From the NCBI RefSeq assembly GCF_964204865.1, contig NC_135252.1, positions 8,680,001-8,744,000 of the forward strand: DNA of 64,000 nucleotides, read 5' to 3'. Both the position numbers and the translations under genes were made by a program. Of the stretch, positions 24,202-38,421 are shown piece by piece. How positions within the stretch are numbered: the stretch's first letter is position 1; every line of letters starts with the position of its first letter. Under the pieces are notes generated by a model. That model was not told the origin of the DNA and ran no database searches. It worked only from the letters and a program-made list of their open reading frames with translations. This DNA comes from Styela clava. Lineage: Eukaryota.

Positions 24202-25878
24202 CCGTGTTTCCCCGAAAATAAGACCTACCCTGAAAATGAGACCTAGCCGGAATTTTAAGAATGATTTTAATATAAGCCCTCCACTTAAAATAAGACCTAG
24301 TACAGTGGTTCTCAACCTTTTATGGCTCGTGGCCCCCTTCCGTTGGCTTTTCGCACTCGTGGCCCCCCTGTTCCCCATTTTAAAAAACTAGACGCGTTGG
24401 ATGGTATTATGTATTTACGACCTTTTATGAAATGCAAAAACAAACCACAGTCAAGAAAGTCAAAGCTTTTCAGTAAACAATCAATGGGAATCTTGTGCTT
24501 GGGACTGTCTGACTAGGTTCCTTATATTAGGCACCGTCTGTGATATAGCCAGACGAATGTCACTGTCAACATCAAGACGGTTTCTAAATTTTGTTTTCAT
24601 GGTAGCAAGATCAGTGCAAATATGTTTGAAATACTTTTTACATGCAATAGTGGTACTTGGCATAGTCAATGTTGCTTTCTTGTCGAATTTAATTCACTTG
24701 GCAGCCAAGCACCGATATCATTTATATAAACAGCTTTTATCTTGGGATAATTTTTGTCACGGTGGTTTTGGAGTTTAGATGGACGTAATGATTTATTGCT
24801 CATTACATACGAGAAATGCAGGACTTGCGCACATTTTGTGTCATTTACTTTGGTAAAGCCAAAGCCAACGTAACTGTCGTTCCATTTTCGTATTTTGGGC
24901 ATTAGAAATATAGGATTCTGAGTCTAAAATACGATACCGACAGTTATCTCTCACCATGGACCTTTCCCCGAGCATCGACTTCCTTGTTTACTTCGTGACA
25001 TTGGCCAATCGGCAAAATGCAAAAAGTGACGTAACAATGCTCCCTTTTCGCATCCGCTCAGACACTTTTCTCACTCAGACAGGAATTAAAAATTCCTGTA
25101 GAAATAGCTGTGATAGACTGGGCTAAAATTCTTTACCGGTACTTTTAAAAAACAGATTGTTGTATGCGATGAATCATAAACCTTTGTTGAACCTATGTTT
25201 GAAACCTATACCGATTTTACAGGCGCCAACTCGCGAAACCACTCTTAAAATAAGCCCCGAAAATTTTGCAATGATGAAGTACAGGAAGAATTTTTCGTGG
25301 GTCAAAGGTCGGGGAAAGGTCCATAGTGAAACCAGTCTGCAGGTTAGACTGCTTACCAACGAACTATTTTGATTGATAGATTCCTAATTCCATTATGATC
25401 AAACAATTCACGCACAAGAAAGTGAATACACCCTGTGACCTGAAATTACCTATTCAGATAATGAAACTGAGGCAACGGGAATTTACTTTTAAAGGGAAAG
25501 TATGCAAACGAAGTCGCTTTTTAATCAATTATTAAACTCGTGTCGTGGCCCCCCTTGAGCTGCTCCGTGGCCCCTTTGGGGGGCCACCGGCCCCCGGTTG
25601 AGAACCACTGAGTCCTTGTAGATAACGCAAATTTTTTTTGACCTATATATCAAGAAATCTCTCCAGCACGTTTTAAATGATCAGTCTAAAACGTATGGGA
25701 GAGGAAAACGTGTTATTTAAGTAAATTGATATCGATTTGTATATTTTTTATATTTAAAAATCTCGTGATTCTCTACTTTGTAATTCTGTTTTTGATGAAT
25801 GAAAATAAAAGACATCCCCTGAAAAGAAAAAAAAAAGAAAATTGAATAAGACACTGTCTTATTTTCGGGGAAACACGG
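24202..25878. mobile_element. Tc2/pogo-like MITE interrupted by a hAT element
   Basis: TIRs ccgtgtttccccgaaaataagac / gtcttattttcggggaaacacgg, TA at the left end, and repeated aaaataagacct motifs. Confidence 0.8.
24303..25610 (-). mobile_element. Internally deleted Buster/Charlie-type hAT transposon
   Basis: Perfect 15-bp TIRs cagtggttctcaacc / ggttgagaaccactg. Remnants of the BED-finger N-terminus (RKWNDSYVGFGFT..SLRPSKLQNH) sit directly next to the hATC C-terminus (MKTKFRNRLDVDSDIRLAIS..QAQDSH). Confidence 0.9.
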
Positions 25879-26175
25879 TGGTTAACTACCAAATATATTT
25901 AAACGAAGAATAACATCAATGCAAATAATATTGTGAAGAGGTACAAAAATAAGTGGATATTGAAAAAATTGTTCAACGAAAGTTGAAAAAAAAAAACTTT
26001 CTTTTTGGGGTCAAAAGTCAGAAAAATATCCGGGGTCAAAATTCGAGAAATTTTCTTCGTGTTTCGCTGCTAGCTCCACAGTGGTGTTGGGCTGTTTTAT
26101 AATTTTGTAGAGATCTTCTCACCTATATAATTCCGACTCATTTTGGCCTACAGACTTAGGAAGCTTTTTTTTGCA

Positions 26176-29100
26176 ATGGCCTCTGATTTTGTATTCCAGG
26201 ATGCATTGTCCTCTTTCAAGGTAAGTCAGTCTTATTGTCAGCTTGTTGACTATGATCATGCGGTCATTTATAAACAAATTGCAGAATTTTATTAGTCATT
26301 TCACACACGCTCACATGCACCCACCAGCCACACACACAACCACTGAGAAGTTATTTAAGTATGAATAAAACGAGATAAATTTAGGGTATTCGGTATACTA
26401 TACAGTAAACAAAAATAAATAAATAAATACTAGAAAAGAAAAAAATTTTCTGCCACACCATATTGATATTTTTGTAATGGTTGCCATTGCCAAATTGATC
26501 GATCTTCTAATCGTTAATTAAGATATAAAAGGAAGATTCTATTGAAAACATATTGCCAAGCTGATTATAGTTGGAGTCAAATGCCAAGTTGCCCAACCAA
26601 AGTTGCCAGAATTGGGTGCATGAAGAGGTGGGCGAGACCATTTCATTCCCCAAATTAGAGCCTATTACAGTATTATTGCCAAATTATAGTCCAGATTGTA
26701 ATAAGTAATTAAAGTTACCGGTAACAGTAAAATTACAATAATTAAGTAAAGTAGGATGTGGAAATAAATTGGTTACAAAGGGTGTAAGTGAGGTTTTTCA
26801 TTCTTGGGTATTGATTTCAGACAAGGATATAGGAATAAGGTTGTTATTTCACAGGATATCGGAGTCTTTTTTTGATTTTTCCCTATGTGTTTTACTTCAT
26901 TTAATCACTTTGAAGTAACCTGAAAAACAAAAAATAAAACCGTGAGTAGATGTTTCAATGATTGGGTGAAGGGGAACGCTCTGAACTATTTATTACAGGC
27001 AAAAAATAATTGTTTAATTAAATGGGATGTCATCAAACATTCCAGGGTTTTTAGCAAAAAATAGCACTTTTGGTCGTGTGCCCGCCGACGCGTGTCAGGT
27101 TTAAGTAGCCTACCTGTAAGATTATGATTGAGGCAAGCATGGCGCGATCTGACGCGTCTTCCATCATGATAGATGCTCTCGTTTCAGAGTGTTCAAATTG
27201 AGTGTTTGTTTTATTGAACCAAATGTCAGGACATCTTGGAATTGGAGAATCTTTCCTTATTGTAAAATTATGCAGTACCATTGCTCTCAACAACAGGTAT
27301 GGCCTATCAACTCACCACATAAAACTAACCTGATCGAATTTTGAAAAATTTGTTATGGTGTTACTTATTATTTGCGAAGTTCTTTTTTTGAGACGTCTTA
27401 TACCTTATTAATTCTGTAATTTTGAAACTACTCATTTTTAAGTAAACTCATTGGAAATTGCAGCATAAAGATGTTTTGAATGTTTCAGTTTTGTTAATAT
27501 TTTTCTATTCAACTTCTCAATATTATGCTGATATGAAACTGTTACTGAACGGCTGTGAACGCTTTATATTTGTTTATGCAGAATGAAATTTTCGAAGATT
27601 TATCAAGTGGAAAGATTGATTCTATTGTTTCAATAAAAAGTGTTTTTCAAACTATCTCTGGCACTGAAGCAGATAAACGATTGGCAGCAGATCAAGCATT
27701 TCGTATTACAGTATCCAATCTCATTCAGGAGACAATAAAAGAAATTCATGGGGATAAAGAAATGGCAAATGATGCATTGAAAGTTATTTCACTCACTGTT
27801 GTTGCTGCTAAACAAGGTTCTATTCTGTATAACACAAATTTTTTATATGATGTTTCAATACATCTTTTGCTTTGTACAATACTCTGCTCAAGGAACCCCT
27901 GCTTGGTAAGGTGATACTACAGAAAGGCACAGTTTTCCGATTCCATAAATATCGCCCACATTTAGAGACATCGGGTATAACAGTGAGTGCCCCGCCTTCA
28001 CGAGGCAGTCTGGGCCTCCATATCGACTCAAAACAGTAAACTGGCGTTCCGCAATAAACTGAAAGGAAGCGTATCTAAAAACATCATAATTGGATTCCTC
28101 TGAAAAAAATAATCTAATTTACAAACGGAAAAAAATTTACTGTACCATTCAAGAGTTTTTAGCAAAAAAACACAATTTTGGTCATGTGACAAACGTGTCT
28201 AATTGGTTAAAATTATTACCAAGACAAGCTTGGCGCGATTTAACGCATCTGCTGTCATGCCAGTCGCCCACGTTTCAGCGACGAATAGAGTGTTTAATGT
28301 CAGGACATCTTGGAATCGTAAAACTGTGCTCTACTGTACTATAGTTTGGAAGGATCGGAATCTTTCCTGTTTGCTATTTCTTACCCAATTCATTACTTTG
28401 GGCGAGTTGGTCTGCATAGGATTTGATTTGAGATTTAACCTGCTATGCCATCATAGTTAAGTCTAACACTTTAACCATTAGGCCACCTCATTCATTACAA
28501 TTTTTTACTACAACACTATTTGAATTCAAGTTAGTCTGGCGTGTGGCACTGACTTTCGGTGGTTTGAATTAGATAACCCTGTCTATCCAAGTTTCATTCA
28601 ATATTCAATAATGTCAGTTAAGTTATTTTCATTTCTCTTTTTTTGAGGAATTAGCAATCCAAATTACAATCCGAAATCAGCTTTTCTACAACTTATCAAG
28701 AGGACTGCATTTAAGTTTTTTTAAACAAACCTATTATAAAATTGATTCTGTTTTAGGTATGTGTTCGGCAAGTCTACCATTCAGCCTTCTAGGAGATTTG
28801 TTAGATTGCCTTACTCTTGACACATGTGACCCAGTGTTTTGCTTTATTGAAGAGAGAGTAGCAACATGGAAATCTTCACAGTTTTATACTGCAGGTCAAT
28901 ATTGAATAATAGCTGATTGTTTTCTTATTGATTCGTGTATATTTCAAGTGATTTGCTATTACTAAAATAAAACAACAGCAACTTTTTTCAGCACCAATAA
29001 ATTCTAATTTATTGTTTTCATAAATATGATGTCACTATCCTTTTCAGTCAGTGCCTTTTTCAAACAATAAATCCATGCACAGTTATCTATGGTAAAGTTC

Positions 29101-32100
29101 AGAATATGTTTAGTGTTTGAAATAATTCATTCAGAATTTTTATAACAATTCATTTTTACCATCTCTTCCATTGAAAATTCAGTTTGCACATATGAATTAA
29201 ATTTTGTAACTAGTAGGTTTTGGTAGTAAACAAACGTATTATTTGTCTTGTACTATTGTTGACCTTCCCCCTATTCAATATGAAATTGAATATTTATCCT
29301 GAGTTTTATTTTCAGGAAAAAATTTTCTTCTAAGAATGTGCAACGATTTACTTCGCAGATTATCTCAAGCTCAGAACACCGTGTTTTGTGGTAGAATTCA
29401 ATTGTTTCTTGCTAGATTATTTCCACTGTCAGAAAAGTCTGCTTTAAATTTGGTGAGTTGAAAAATTACTGTTCAGCAATAACTAAATATATTATATTGA
29501 AACTATAATTGCAGACAGCTATCGGAATAATAGGCGCTCCAGAAGTGTGTGTATCAATATGGAGGCTTTACATCAAGTTGTGTAAGGGACTGAAACCTTT
29601 GGGCAGGGGGTATATTCACTTGGCTAATACGGACAGTACCGAACTCGTAATAGAACTAAAATGAGGATAATCTGAATAAAATTATGACCTAATCCTAACC
29701 TGGTACACACACTACGGGAGTACCGAATAATATACCTATTTATTACATGGTATATAACATGCTAGGGTTTAACAGCTAGGTCATTTTTTTTGTGATATGC
29801 TAATCAGTTTACACTGACTCAAATTTATCCATATTTATATATTTTTCCTTGATGCATCTAAATATTTCAAGTTTTCATTATGAATATATTTGGCGCTCCA
29901 GAAGTGTGTGTACCAATGTGGAGGTAACTAATTTTCGCCTACTATACATCAAGTTGTTTAAAGGGACAGAAGCCTATGGGCAGGGGGTATATTCACTTGG
30001 CTAACACAGACAGTACCCGAACTCGTAATAGAACTAAAATAGGGAAAATCTGAATAAAATTATGGCCAAACCCTGACCTGGTGGTCTGGTACTCACACTA
30101 CGGTAGTACCATCATATATTTATCTTTTTTATCAACCATATATTGTTTTGCACAAGTAATTTTCATTCAAATTTTTTTTATCAGTTTAGTCAATTCAACA
30201 GTGACAATGTGACAATATATAATGCAAATGCAGCCGAATCAATTCTAAAGATAAAGTCAGAGGAAAGCAGTGATGAAGTATCTGATGAAAAACCTGTCGT
30301 GGTTGATGTGAAGGTGATCTATCTAGTATCTACATTATTGTGCTATTATTACCTGACATTATAACAGAGAATCAGAGTTGTTTAGTCTGAACAGGGTATT
30401 TTACCTTGGGTAATGCTTGTCAGTTCAACATTAGCCGATTTTCCCGAAATCTAAACTTTTTGATGTCAATACTAGTTCACTTACCATTACTGTAATACAA
30501 ATCAGTACATTGCAAAAAAACATCAAAATATGACATGGGAAAATATATATAGGATATATGAGATCGTTTTCATGCACCTAAAAGAGCATATCACACCTGA
30601 ATGTCTGACATAGCTAAATGTGGTTATCTCTTTCCCAATATTAGTTTTAACAAGTACCATATGGGGGTCGACACGTTCGAAATTCCCAGCACAAAGTTTG
30701 TGAATGTCTGTTCTAGATGCATGGACATCGATGGCCTGACGGAGTATGTTGTGCCACATAATCCCTCCGATGGTCATCTTTAATGGTGTTAGAATAGTGG
30801 TTTTCAACCTTTTCGGTGGAATAGAACCTCAGTTAGACATTTCATAGGAAGGAACCCCGAGATACCGCGGAACCCAGCCAGTCGATGCTGCATTAGTTTC
30901 TTCTCTGGGCTAGCTAACATGTTTCTTGAAAAAGTATCCCAGAATTGTAAATATTTCTATGACGAAATCAGTTTTTGAATTCCTGTACAGTATACATTTT
31001 ATCTAGTGTGATCTTGATCCTCATTCTGATATTTTCCAGCCACAGAAAGATGAAATATGGTTGGATGGGAATTTAGAAGGAATGGAAGTTGATCAGCCAG
31101 AATCTTCTGTTGCTCTGTCTGTTTCTGAGGATATCAAGCAAGAAGAAGTCAAACATGATAAAGGATTGTAAGCAACTAAATTGTTGAAAAGTAACATTGT
31201 TTTGCAAACTTTAAACAGTTAAATTATTGTCAGAATATACAGATGAGGCTCATTTTCATCAATTGTGACAATGACCACTCGGCTGTTCCTTTGACAATGA
31301 TGATTTTATTCGGTTCGAATTTTGCGACATCCACTATCCAATGAGATCTTTGTTATACGAATTAGTCCATATATACATTTGGGTCTTTTTCGCTAATGTT
31401 TGCTTTCACTACTCAACTTTCAGTTGATAACTTGCCTCCATGCTTCTAGTAAATTTATCATTTGTAAATAGATACGCCTTTTTATTCTGTATTTTCTTTC
31501 AATATTCCCTTATTAACACCATATTTTCTGTTTAGGATTGTGGATTATGAACTATACTCAAGTATTTGGAGTTTGCAAGATTTCTTTCGAAGTCCTACAC
31601 AATGCTATATACAAGATTCATGGGATAAATTTATAAAGGTATAGTAGTATGAAACTTTTGGCGTTTATTTTTTTGTTAAATCGAAATTTAAATATTAAAT
31701 ATGACTTTGCAAATGTCTTTATGCAAATTTCTGCACCAATTACTATTTTCAAATTTTCATTTATTTGCACTACTAGTGATGTTTATTTATTTACAGAATG
31801 CGGAATCAGTGTTTCGTGTTTTCAACAGTTTCAAGTTGGATAAGCACAATTTTACAGAACGTCAGATGGACAAGTGAGCAGAGAAACTATATTTGATTAC
31901 TTTGCATTGAATATATATATACATACAGAGTGATCAGACCAATTGTAGACAAATGTTTATTAAAATATCTACAATATGAATGTATGAGAGAAAAAATTAT
32001 TTTGCAGAAAATAGCAGTATAAAGATAAATAATAGAATTCATTTTTTTTATCTATCCTCCTTTTGCCTTCACTACACGCCTCGTCCGGTTTGGAACTTGA

Positions 32101-35100
32101 CTGCCTGAAGCATGTATGGTTTCTTCTGAAATTTTGTCCCAACAAGTCCTCAATCTATGCCTTAGAGCAGTTGTTCTCAACTGATCACCCTGTATTATGA
32201 AGTTCTTTAAAAGGTGCTCCCGAAGTATGCGTACCAAAATGTCGCACATCCTGAACCCTAACCTGGTACACAACCTGGGTTAAGGTTGTGCGCCATCTTG
32301 GTGCGCATACTTCAGGAGGTCCCTTCAAAATTTGCTTTAACATTTGCCATTTTCAGCAATTTTGAAAACGTATTAGTTTACTTTGTGGGGTTTTTTTCAT
32401 CAGAGTTGATCGTGGTGAAATATAGTATTATACTTCAAGAATGAAGACTATAATAACAGAATTTCTTCATAATTATTGTCATTGTCTATTTTCCGCAAAA
32501 GTCAATTTCACTCTGAACAAGGCTCTGTGCAAGCCGTCATCAATACAGGAACCATTTTCAAAAATACCAGGATTTCCGGTCCCATCTATGCCAAACCAAT
32601 TTGTTACACCCATTGGTTAGGTGGCGGTAACATACAGCACCAAAATAGATGTACTTTATACATTTATATTTAGACAATATCATTTTGTTTATTCTAGTGA
32701 ACGCATGTCTTTCGATCTAGAAATGAGAAATTAATGCATCTTTTACAATAAAACTTTTTCTAAATTATTCAAGATACCGTAATATTGGTGATATAGGAAT
32801 TGATGAGAATTTATAGAAGATTTTTATGATTTTATTTTTCCGCAGGGCATATTTTGCTAAATTCCTCACTTCTGAAAAGCTCACAAATCTCCAATTAAAC
32901 GATGGAATGTTTCGTCGACAACTACTTTGCCAATTTCTCATTTTATTTCAATATCTAACTGGAACAGTCAAGTTTAAAAGGTTTGTTGTGATTTTATTTA
33001 CTGTCAGATTTTTGTTACGTTTTCTGAGTTTTTTTTAAAGTGAGATATGATTATTACAGTGCTAATGCAGTATTGAATGAAAAACAGAATGAATGGATCA
33101 AGAAAACAAAAGAAAAAATTTATTCACTATTGGAAGAAACTCCACCAGATGGAAAACACTTTGCTTCATATATAAAGGTAATAATTGGCATTTTAGATTA
33201 CCTGGTGATTTCAGGATTGAACCGAATATTTTTTTTGAATCGAATCCCCAATACTTAGGAGATATGTAATTATACGTGACTTTTTATTGTAATAGGTCCT
33301 CTCAACACATGAATTACTGAAAACATAGAATCTATTTTATTGTAATAGGTCCTCTCAACACATGAATTACTGAAAACATAGAATCTATCATTCAAGACAG
33401 TTCGCTTAGTGTTCACACACAATAATGAACATGTTTTATCAATAACTCACTAGTAAGAAGAGAGTCATATGCCAGAATTGCCTATTGAAAATATTACTTC
33501 ATTAAAACAAGAATTGGGAATTTACCGCGACCTTAAGCGGATAGAAAAAAAAATAATTAAAAAAACCTAATTCCTGATTCGATTTGAAATACCCATCCCT
33601 AATAATGATATAATATGATATGCTGTTTGTGGCTTTGTTTTGAGGCATTCAATATATAAAACAAAAGAGCAATGCTCAAATATATGGTCAAGGAGTTAAA
33701 ATGACTATTGTGGCAATGGCAACTAAATTACAACCAAATTATAAAAAAAAATCGGAGAGATTTCGCATAATTGCTGCCATTGCAACAGAAACGGCAAAAT
33801 TTTGCTTAGAATTTATGGCCTGTAAGACTCGAATCAAAAATATTTAAAGTAGCAGCTTTCTAGGGACTTAATCATTCTTCAAAGATGGTACAGAAAATTT
33901 CAAATTAATGAATTGATTTGTTAGTTGTAGAGAAATATGTTTTTCTCACAACAACAACAATAATAAACCCAACAAGAACCAAAATAACAACAACAAATTA
34001 TCCAAACCAAAATAACTAAATGATTCACAGGTTCCCATCAGTTTGTATTGTGTTATTTGTGCACATTGAAACTCCATGCATGTATGCAGAATGCAGGGTC
34101 ACAGCCAGGATTTTTTTAATGGATGGAGGGAAGGGTTACGGTGAAATTAAAACAGCGTGCAAAAAGGTCAATTCACAACGCTGTGAGGCATTAAAAAAAC
34201 CAGAAATTGTGCGCCATTCACAACGACGCCTCGTTTGGTGAATATTTTGCATATCCTATTTAAAACATCTTCTAATCGTCGACCTGACCACGCCCCTGCA
34301 TGGTTGCTGTTTAAAGCTTAAATACTGTCTAAATAGTAAAAATGGAATAAAAAAAAAATCTTGCAGCATTTACTATCAAGAGAAGAATTTTGGATTCAAT
34401 GGAAAAATGAAGGTTGCACGTCTTTTATCAAAAATAAAAAAGAAATAAAAGAAACTGAAATCAAACAGTCTCAATCTCCTCCTGCGAAAAGAAGGAAGAC
34501 TGGAGATTCTAATACAACACAGAAACCGAAGCGAAGCACAATTGCTGAGGATTTTATTGCTGGAAAACCACTTGGAATGGGAAGGTAATCAGTTTTTTGT
34601 TTTGGTTAACTGCCAGATATTATTCAAGGCATAGTGGCTGGTATAATATATCAAATTATATCAGTGTAAAAAATGAATTCCCAAGAAAAATTTCACACAA
34701 AAGCTCCAAAAGCTACTACTAATGTGATGTGAGTTGTCTAAAACCAATCTATAAGAAACCACTGAAGGTGCACGGTGTTGGGAGACATAGGTTACCAGAC
34801 ACAATTATTCGACAAAAACAATTACCAAAGTTAATTTTAAAAGAGTCTTTGGAAGTTTCAAGTGCCTGTGACCCATATTCATTTATTTTTTATTTCACTA
34901 CTGTTTATGAAATCTATTGCGATCCGAGAGGGCAATCACTTTATTTGACTTGTGGGGAGTTCAATGAGACTCAATCAAGATGATCAGATGACTGCAATCA
35001 ATTCTACTTTCTACTTGCATATTATAGTAAAGCTTTTCTTTTTTAGTCCTGAATTAACTCGTTTGTGGGAATTATGTCCTGACAACTTGACTGCTTGTAA

Positions 35101-38100
35101 ATCGGAGAAAAGAAGTTTTTTGCCGACATTGGAAGGTTTCTTTGCAGATGGTATTGAACTCATGGATCCTAAGAACATGGTGGAAGAAGAATACATGTCA
35201 GTGAAGTATACTGTTTTGAGCGTTATCATCCATATAAAGTTAACTTATTTCAAAGCATGGCCATTTAATTAACTGGATGTAATAGTTAACATTAGAAGGC
35301 TGAAGTACCGATATAGGTCTTCAGTACAAATTACATTGCAAATTTAAATTTTTCATTTTCATCTTATTCATCCTTCGACTTATTCAACAATTTAAACTTT
35401 TTATTCTTGCCTCTATTAATTCAAAGGATTTTAATATTTGCCATATGTGCAATACACACCATATTGAAGCATTATTAGTACAATGTTCAATACACTTTTA
35501 AATATATTTTGCCTTACAACTATTTGTATGATTGAAGGCATGTTCTATGTGTTGCACTGCACTGCAAGGCACCATCTATAAAAAAAAATTTTAATCAATT
35601 ATCTCCATTTTGTTCAAATTAAATTCGAAAATGTATATTGCGAAGTTCAATATAAAATACCATTTTACTGTTTGCTGGTGAAGTTTCAGACCAGTAGATT
35701 ACTCAAATTAATATTATATATAGCTCTCTGGTTCAAACTCTGTGCCCACCACCCAGGGTGAAATCAATTGGGTAAGGCACAGAAAATTTCTATTTCCTCC
35801 AAATGTAGTAGCTCTTCCCTTAGTCAGTGGTTGTATACAGAATGAAGGTTGAAAAACAAATCAGACCAGTTAAAATATTAAAAGTTGTAGCATAAATCTA
35901 GCCATCATTTTTATCTTACTTTACCTCTTTTCACAGGCCGTATAATGATCCAAATTTTCAATGGAGGGCATTGAGACTTCTTTCACAAAGAAGTCCATTA
36001 TTTTTTGCGAGTCAACCTGCAACAATGCAGTTTAAAGTTGTGCCTCAATATTTAAAAGGAATTATGAAGAAATTATCTGAAGAGTTTCCGGTACGTAGTT
36101 CAAATATTACATTACTTAAATTCTAGCGCTTCGATGTGAAATCATGTCATCCCACAAACTAAATAGTTGTAGTCCTGGTCTGCAAAACAAGGGATAACTA
36201 TTTAAAATAATGCAAGTTCAAGACTGTGAGGAATGCTAATTCTGGGTTACTTCAGTATGAACTCAATTTGACATGCGATGCATGGCCAAATATGTAAAAA
36301 AAATTTATAAAAGGAATTTCTCATACAGTTATTTTTTCCCAAGTTGGTTATCGTAGATTTTTCTATGTATTTAGAATTAAGGGTGACCTCCAACAAATTT
36401 TTTTTTTCATTTCAAATACATTCTATAGAATTTTTTTTATCAAATAGAACATATTTCAAAATGAGTAACAATAAGTTATAAACAAGTCAGTACAAGTTGT
36501 TCTGTTTATTCATTAAAGTTGATTTTAGAATGTAGAAAGTTTGAGTTTTCTTGAATTTTATTTTGATAGACATACTATTTTCTACAGTTATCAAAAGTTA
36601 AATAAACTTGCTTTTTGCTTGTTCATCAGATCTTAAAATTTAAAATGAAATTTTCCATAAATTCTCTCATAAATCAAGAATCTACCGAATAGTACATTTC
36701 TGATGAAGAAGTTTTATCTCATAAAATCCATAATTTTGGATATTTAAAAAAAAAACTTAATTTTCATCATTTTAGTAATAACAACTACCATTTTGTAGCA
36801 ACAAGTTCCAGATCAACCCGAAATGATTCAAGAGAACGGTGAAGTAGATAAAAGTCTTGATGAAGAGGATGTGGATGAAGATCAAAACATCCAGGATGAT
36901 GACAAGATGCAACAAGACAAAGAAGATGAGTTAGATGAAGATCAAGAGGAAGAAGATGATGACGATGAGGTTTTAGAAGATGAAGAATTTGATAATAATG
37001 ATGATGATGCTTTGTTGGATGATAGTCAACAAGAGGATGCAGATTCTGAAGATGAAGGTTGGGTTTTCATATGAGATATGGTTTTCATGTGTAAAATGGG
37101 CAGAGAAAGGTTGAAAAGATAGCTTGATTATATGGTATACCTAGAACAGGTTCAACTTTAAATTAGAACTCGATAATTGAAACCAAATCCCATCATTCAT
37201 AAGCAAATATTAAATCTTTATTGTATAATAGCAACAACTGGAAATTCGGTGAAGCTAGTGGTTAAAAATATGTGTTGCTAGCAGAAACTTACTGATCATA
37301 TTTGTTATACATTTTGGTTAAATCATTATAAGTCTGTAATAAATCATTATTCATTGGCACTTAAAAGAGCTGGTCTTTTGTTGTTGCATTTGTTGTATTC
37401 ATAACAAAATATACATTTTTAAAGTTTTTTTTTTTTATACATCATTCGAGTGCTCCAGAAGTATGTGCACCAAGATGTCACACAGACTGAATCCTAACCG
37501 GTACTCACATACTATGTTCAGGTTGTGCACCATTTTGGTGCGCATACTTCTGGTGGTCCATTATTTGTATCTTGTCTCTTTGGGTGAAATGAACTTAAAT
37601 TTTCAATCACACTTGAATCAAGGTCTTCTTGAACCTACTGCACCTGGTGATACATTATCAAGTGACCAAGTCACGACTGTGGCTCAAAAAATTGGAAAAG
37701 ATTGGGAAAAACTTGCTCCTTATCTCAAATTAGAACCGAAAGATGTTGCTGAAATCAAAGAAGATTCTGAAGATGTAATTTTGCAGGTGAAATCTTCTGA
37801 CAAATGGCGTTTGTTGGTGCAGATTTAGTCTGAAAGATTGATCTCTATCTGTCTGATTTTGTGACAGGCAATCCATCTCAAATGTTCTTATTTTAACATC
37901 GAAATTGCAGCCTGGCAAGTGGCAGTGCTCCTAATTGTATTAAAAATACTTCATTGCACTTGGGCACTGTGGTAATTACACTATGAAAAAAATACAATAG
38001 AGCTATTTCTAATTTTGACCGTTTATCATTGGACATGGAGAGTACGGTATTTATGGATCATTTTGCTCAATATTGTTGTTGTATTCGATTCAATATTTCC

Positions 38101-38421
38101 AAGTTTTTAAAATATAAATTTTTCAAGTGGTTGGTATTTTGCTGACATTGTGGTGGCCATTAGTCATTTGATCATGTTGCCCTTATATTTTATCATAGTT
38201 ATTTTATAGTTACATTAGCCATACGAACAGCTAATTTTTGTTTCCTCTTACTCCCCTCTCTACCTTGTGATTCAATTTTTACAACCCTTATTCTTATATT
38301 TCAGGCACGTCAGACTCTTGTGACATGGCAAGATAGAAACAGATCAGAAGCTAGAAAACCTGCATTATTACAAGCACTAGTGAAGGCAAATATGGAACAT
38401 TTAGCGAAGGAGATATCTTGA
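26176..38421 (+). CDS. THOC1: THO complex subunit 1 (Hpr1/p84), 16 exons, ~768 aa, with C-terminal death domain
   Basis: Exons: 26176-26220, 27582-27816, 28757-28894, 29316-29452, 30185-30313, 31040-31167, 31536-31638, 31797-31873, 32846-32980, 33060-33177, 34367-34584, 35047-35196, 35937-36090, 36799-37057, 37623-37786, 38305-38421. Signatures include [75 protein letters not shown] and WRALRLLS. Confidence 0.95.
27042..27250. repeat. Dispersed repeat with a second diverged copy at ~28150-28330
   Basis: Shared blocks gtttttagcaaaaaa, ttttggtc, tggcgcgat and aatgtcaggacatcttggaat. Confidence 0.7.
29533..29724. mobile_element. GG-ended MITE family A copy in a THOC1 intron
   Basis: ggcgctccagaagtgtgtg...cacacactacgggagtacc with a perfect 8-bp TSD gaataata. 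Confidence 0.88.
29892..30110. mobile_element. MITE family A copy
   Basis: Same ends and body as 29533-29724. Confidence 0.85.
31926..32192 (-). mobile_element. Tc1-type deletion derivative
   Basis: TA-cagagtgatcag / ctgatcaccctg-TA ends, with Tc1 C-terminal peptide [21 protein letters not shown]. Confidence 0.8.
32213..32322. mobile_element. MITE family B copy
   Basis: Palindromic. TSD ctttaaaa/cttcaaaa. Confidence 0.8.
33283..33388. repeat. ~53-bp tandem duplication
   Basis: ttttattgtaataggtcctctcaacacatgaattactgaaaacatagaatcta, two copies. Confidence 0.9.
37449..37559. mobile_element. MITE family B copy
   Basis: Palindromic. Degenerate TSD atcattcg/attatttg. Confidence 0.75.

Noticed and set aside
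30523-30807. Overlapping ORFs in THOC1 intron 5 as a nested gene
   Set aside because: There is no splice or homology support. It abuts a hAT end at ~30815 and is probably TE debris.
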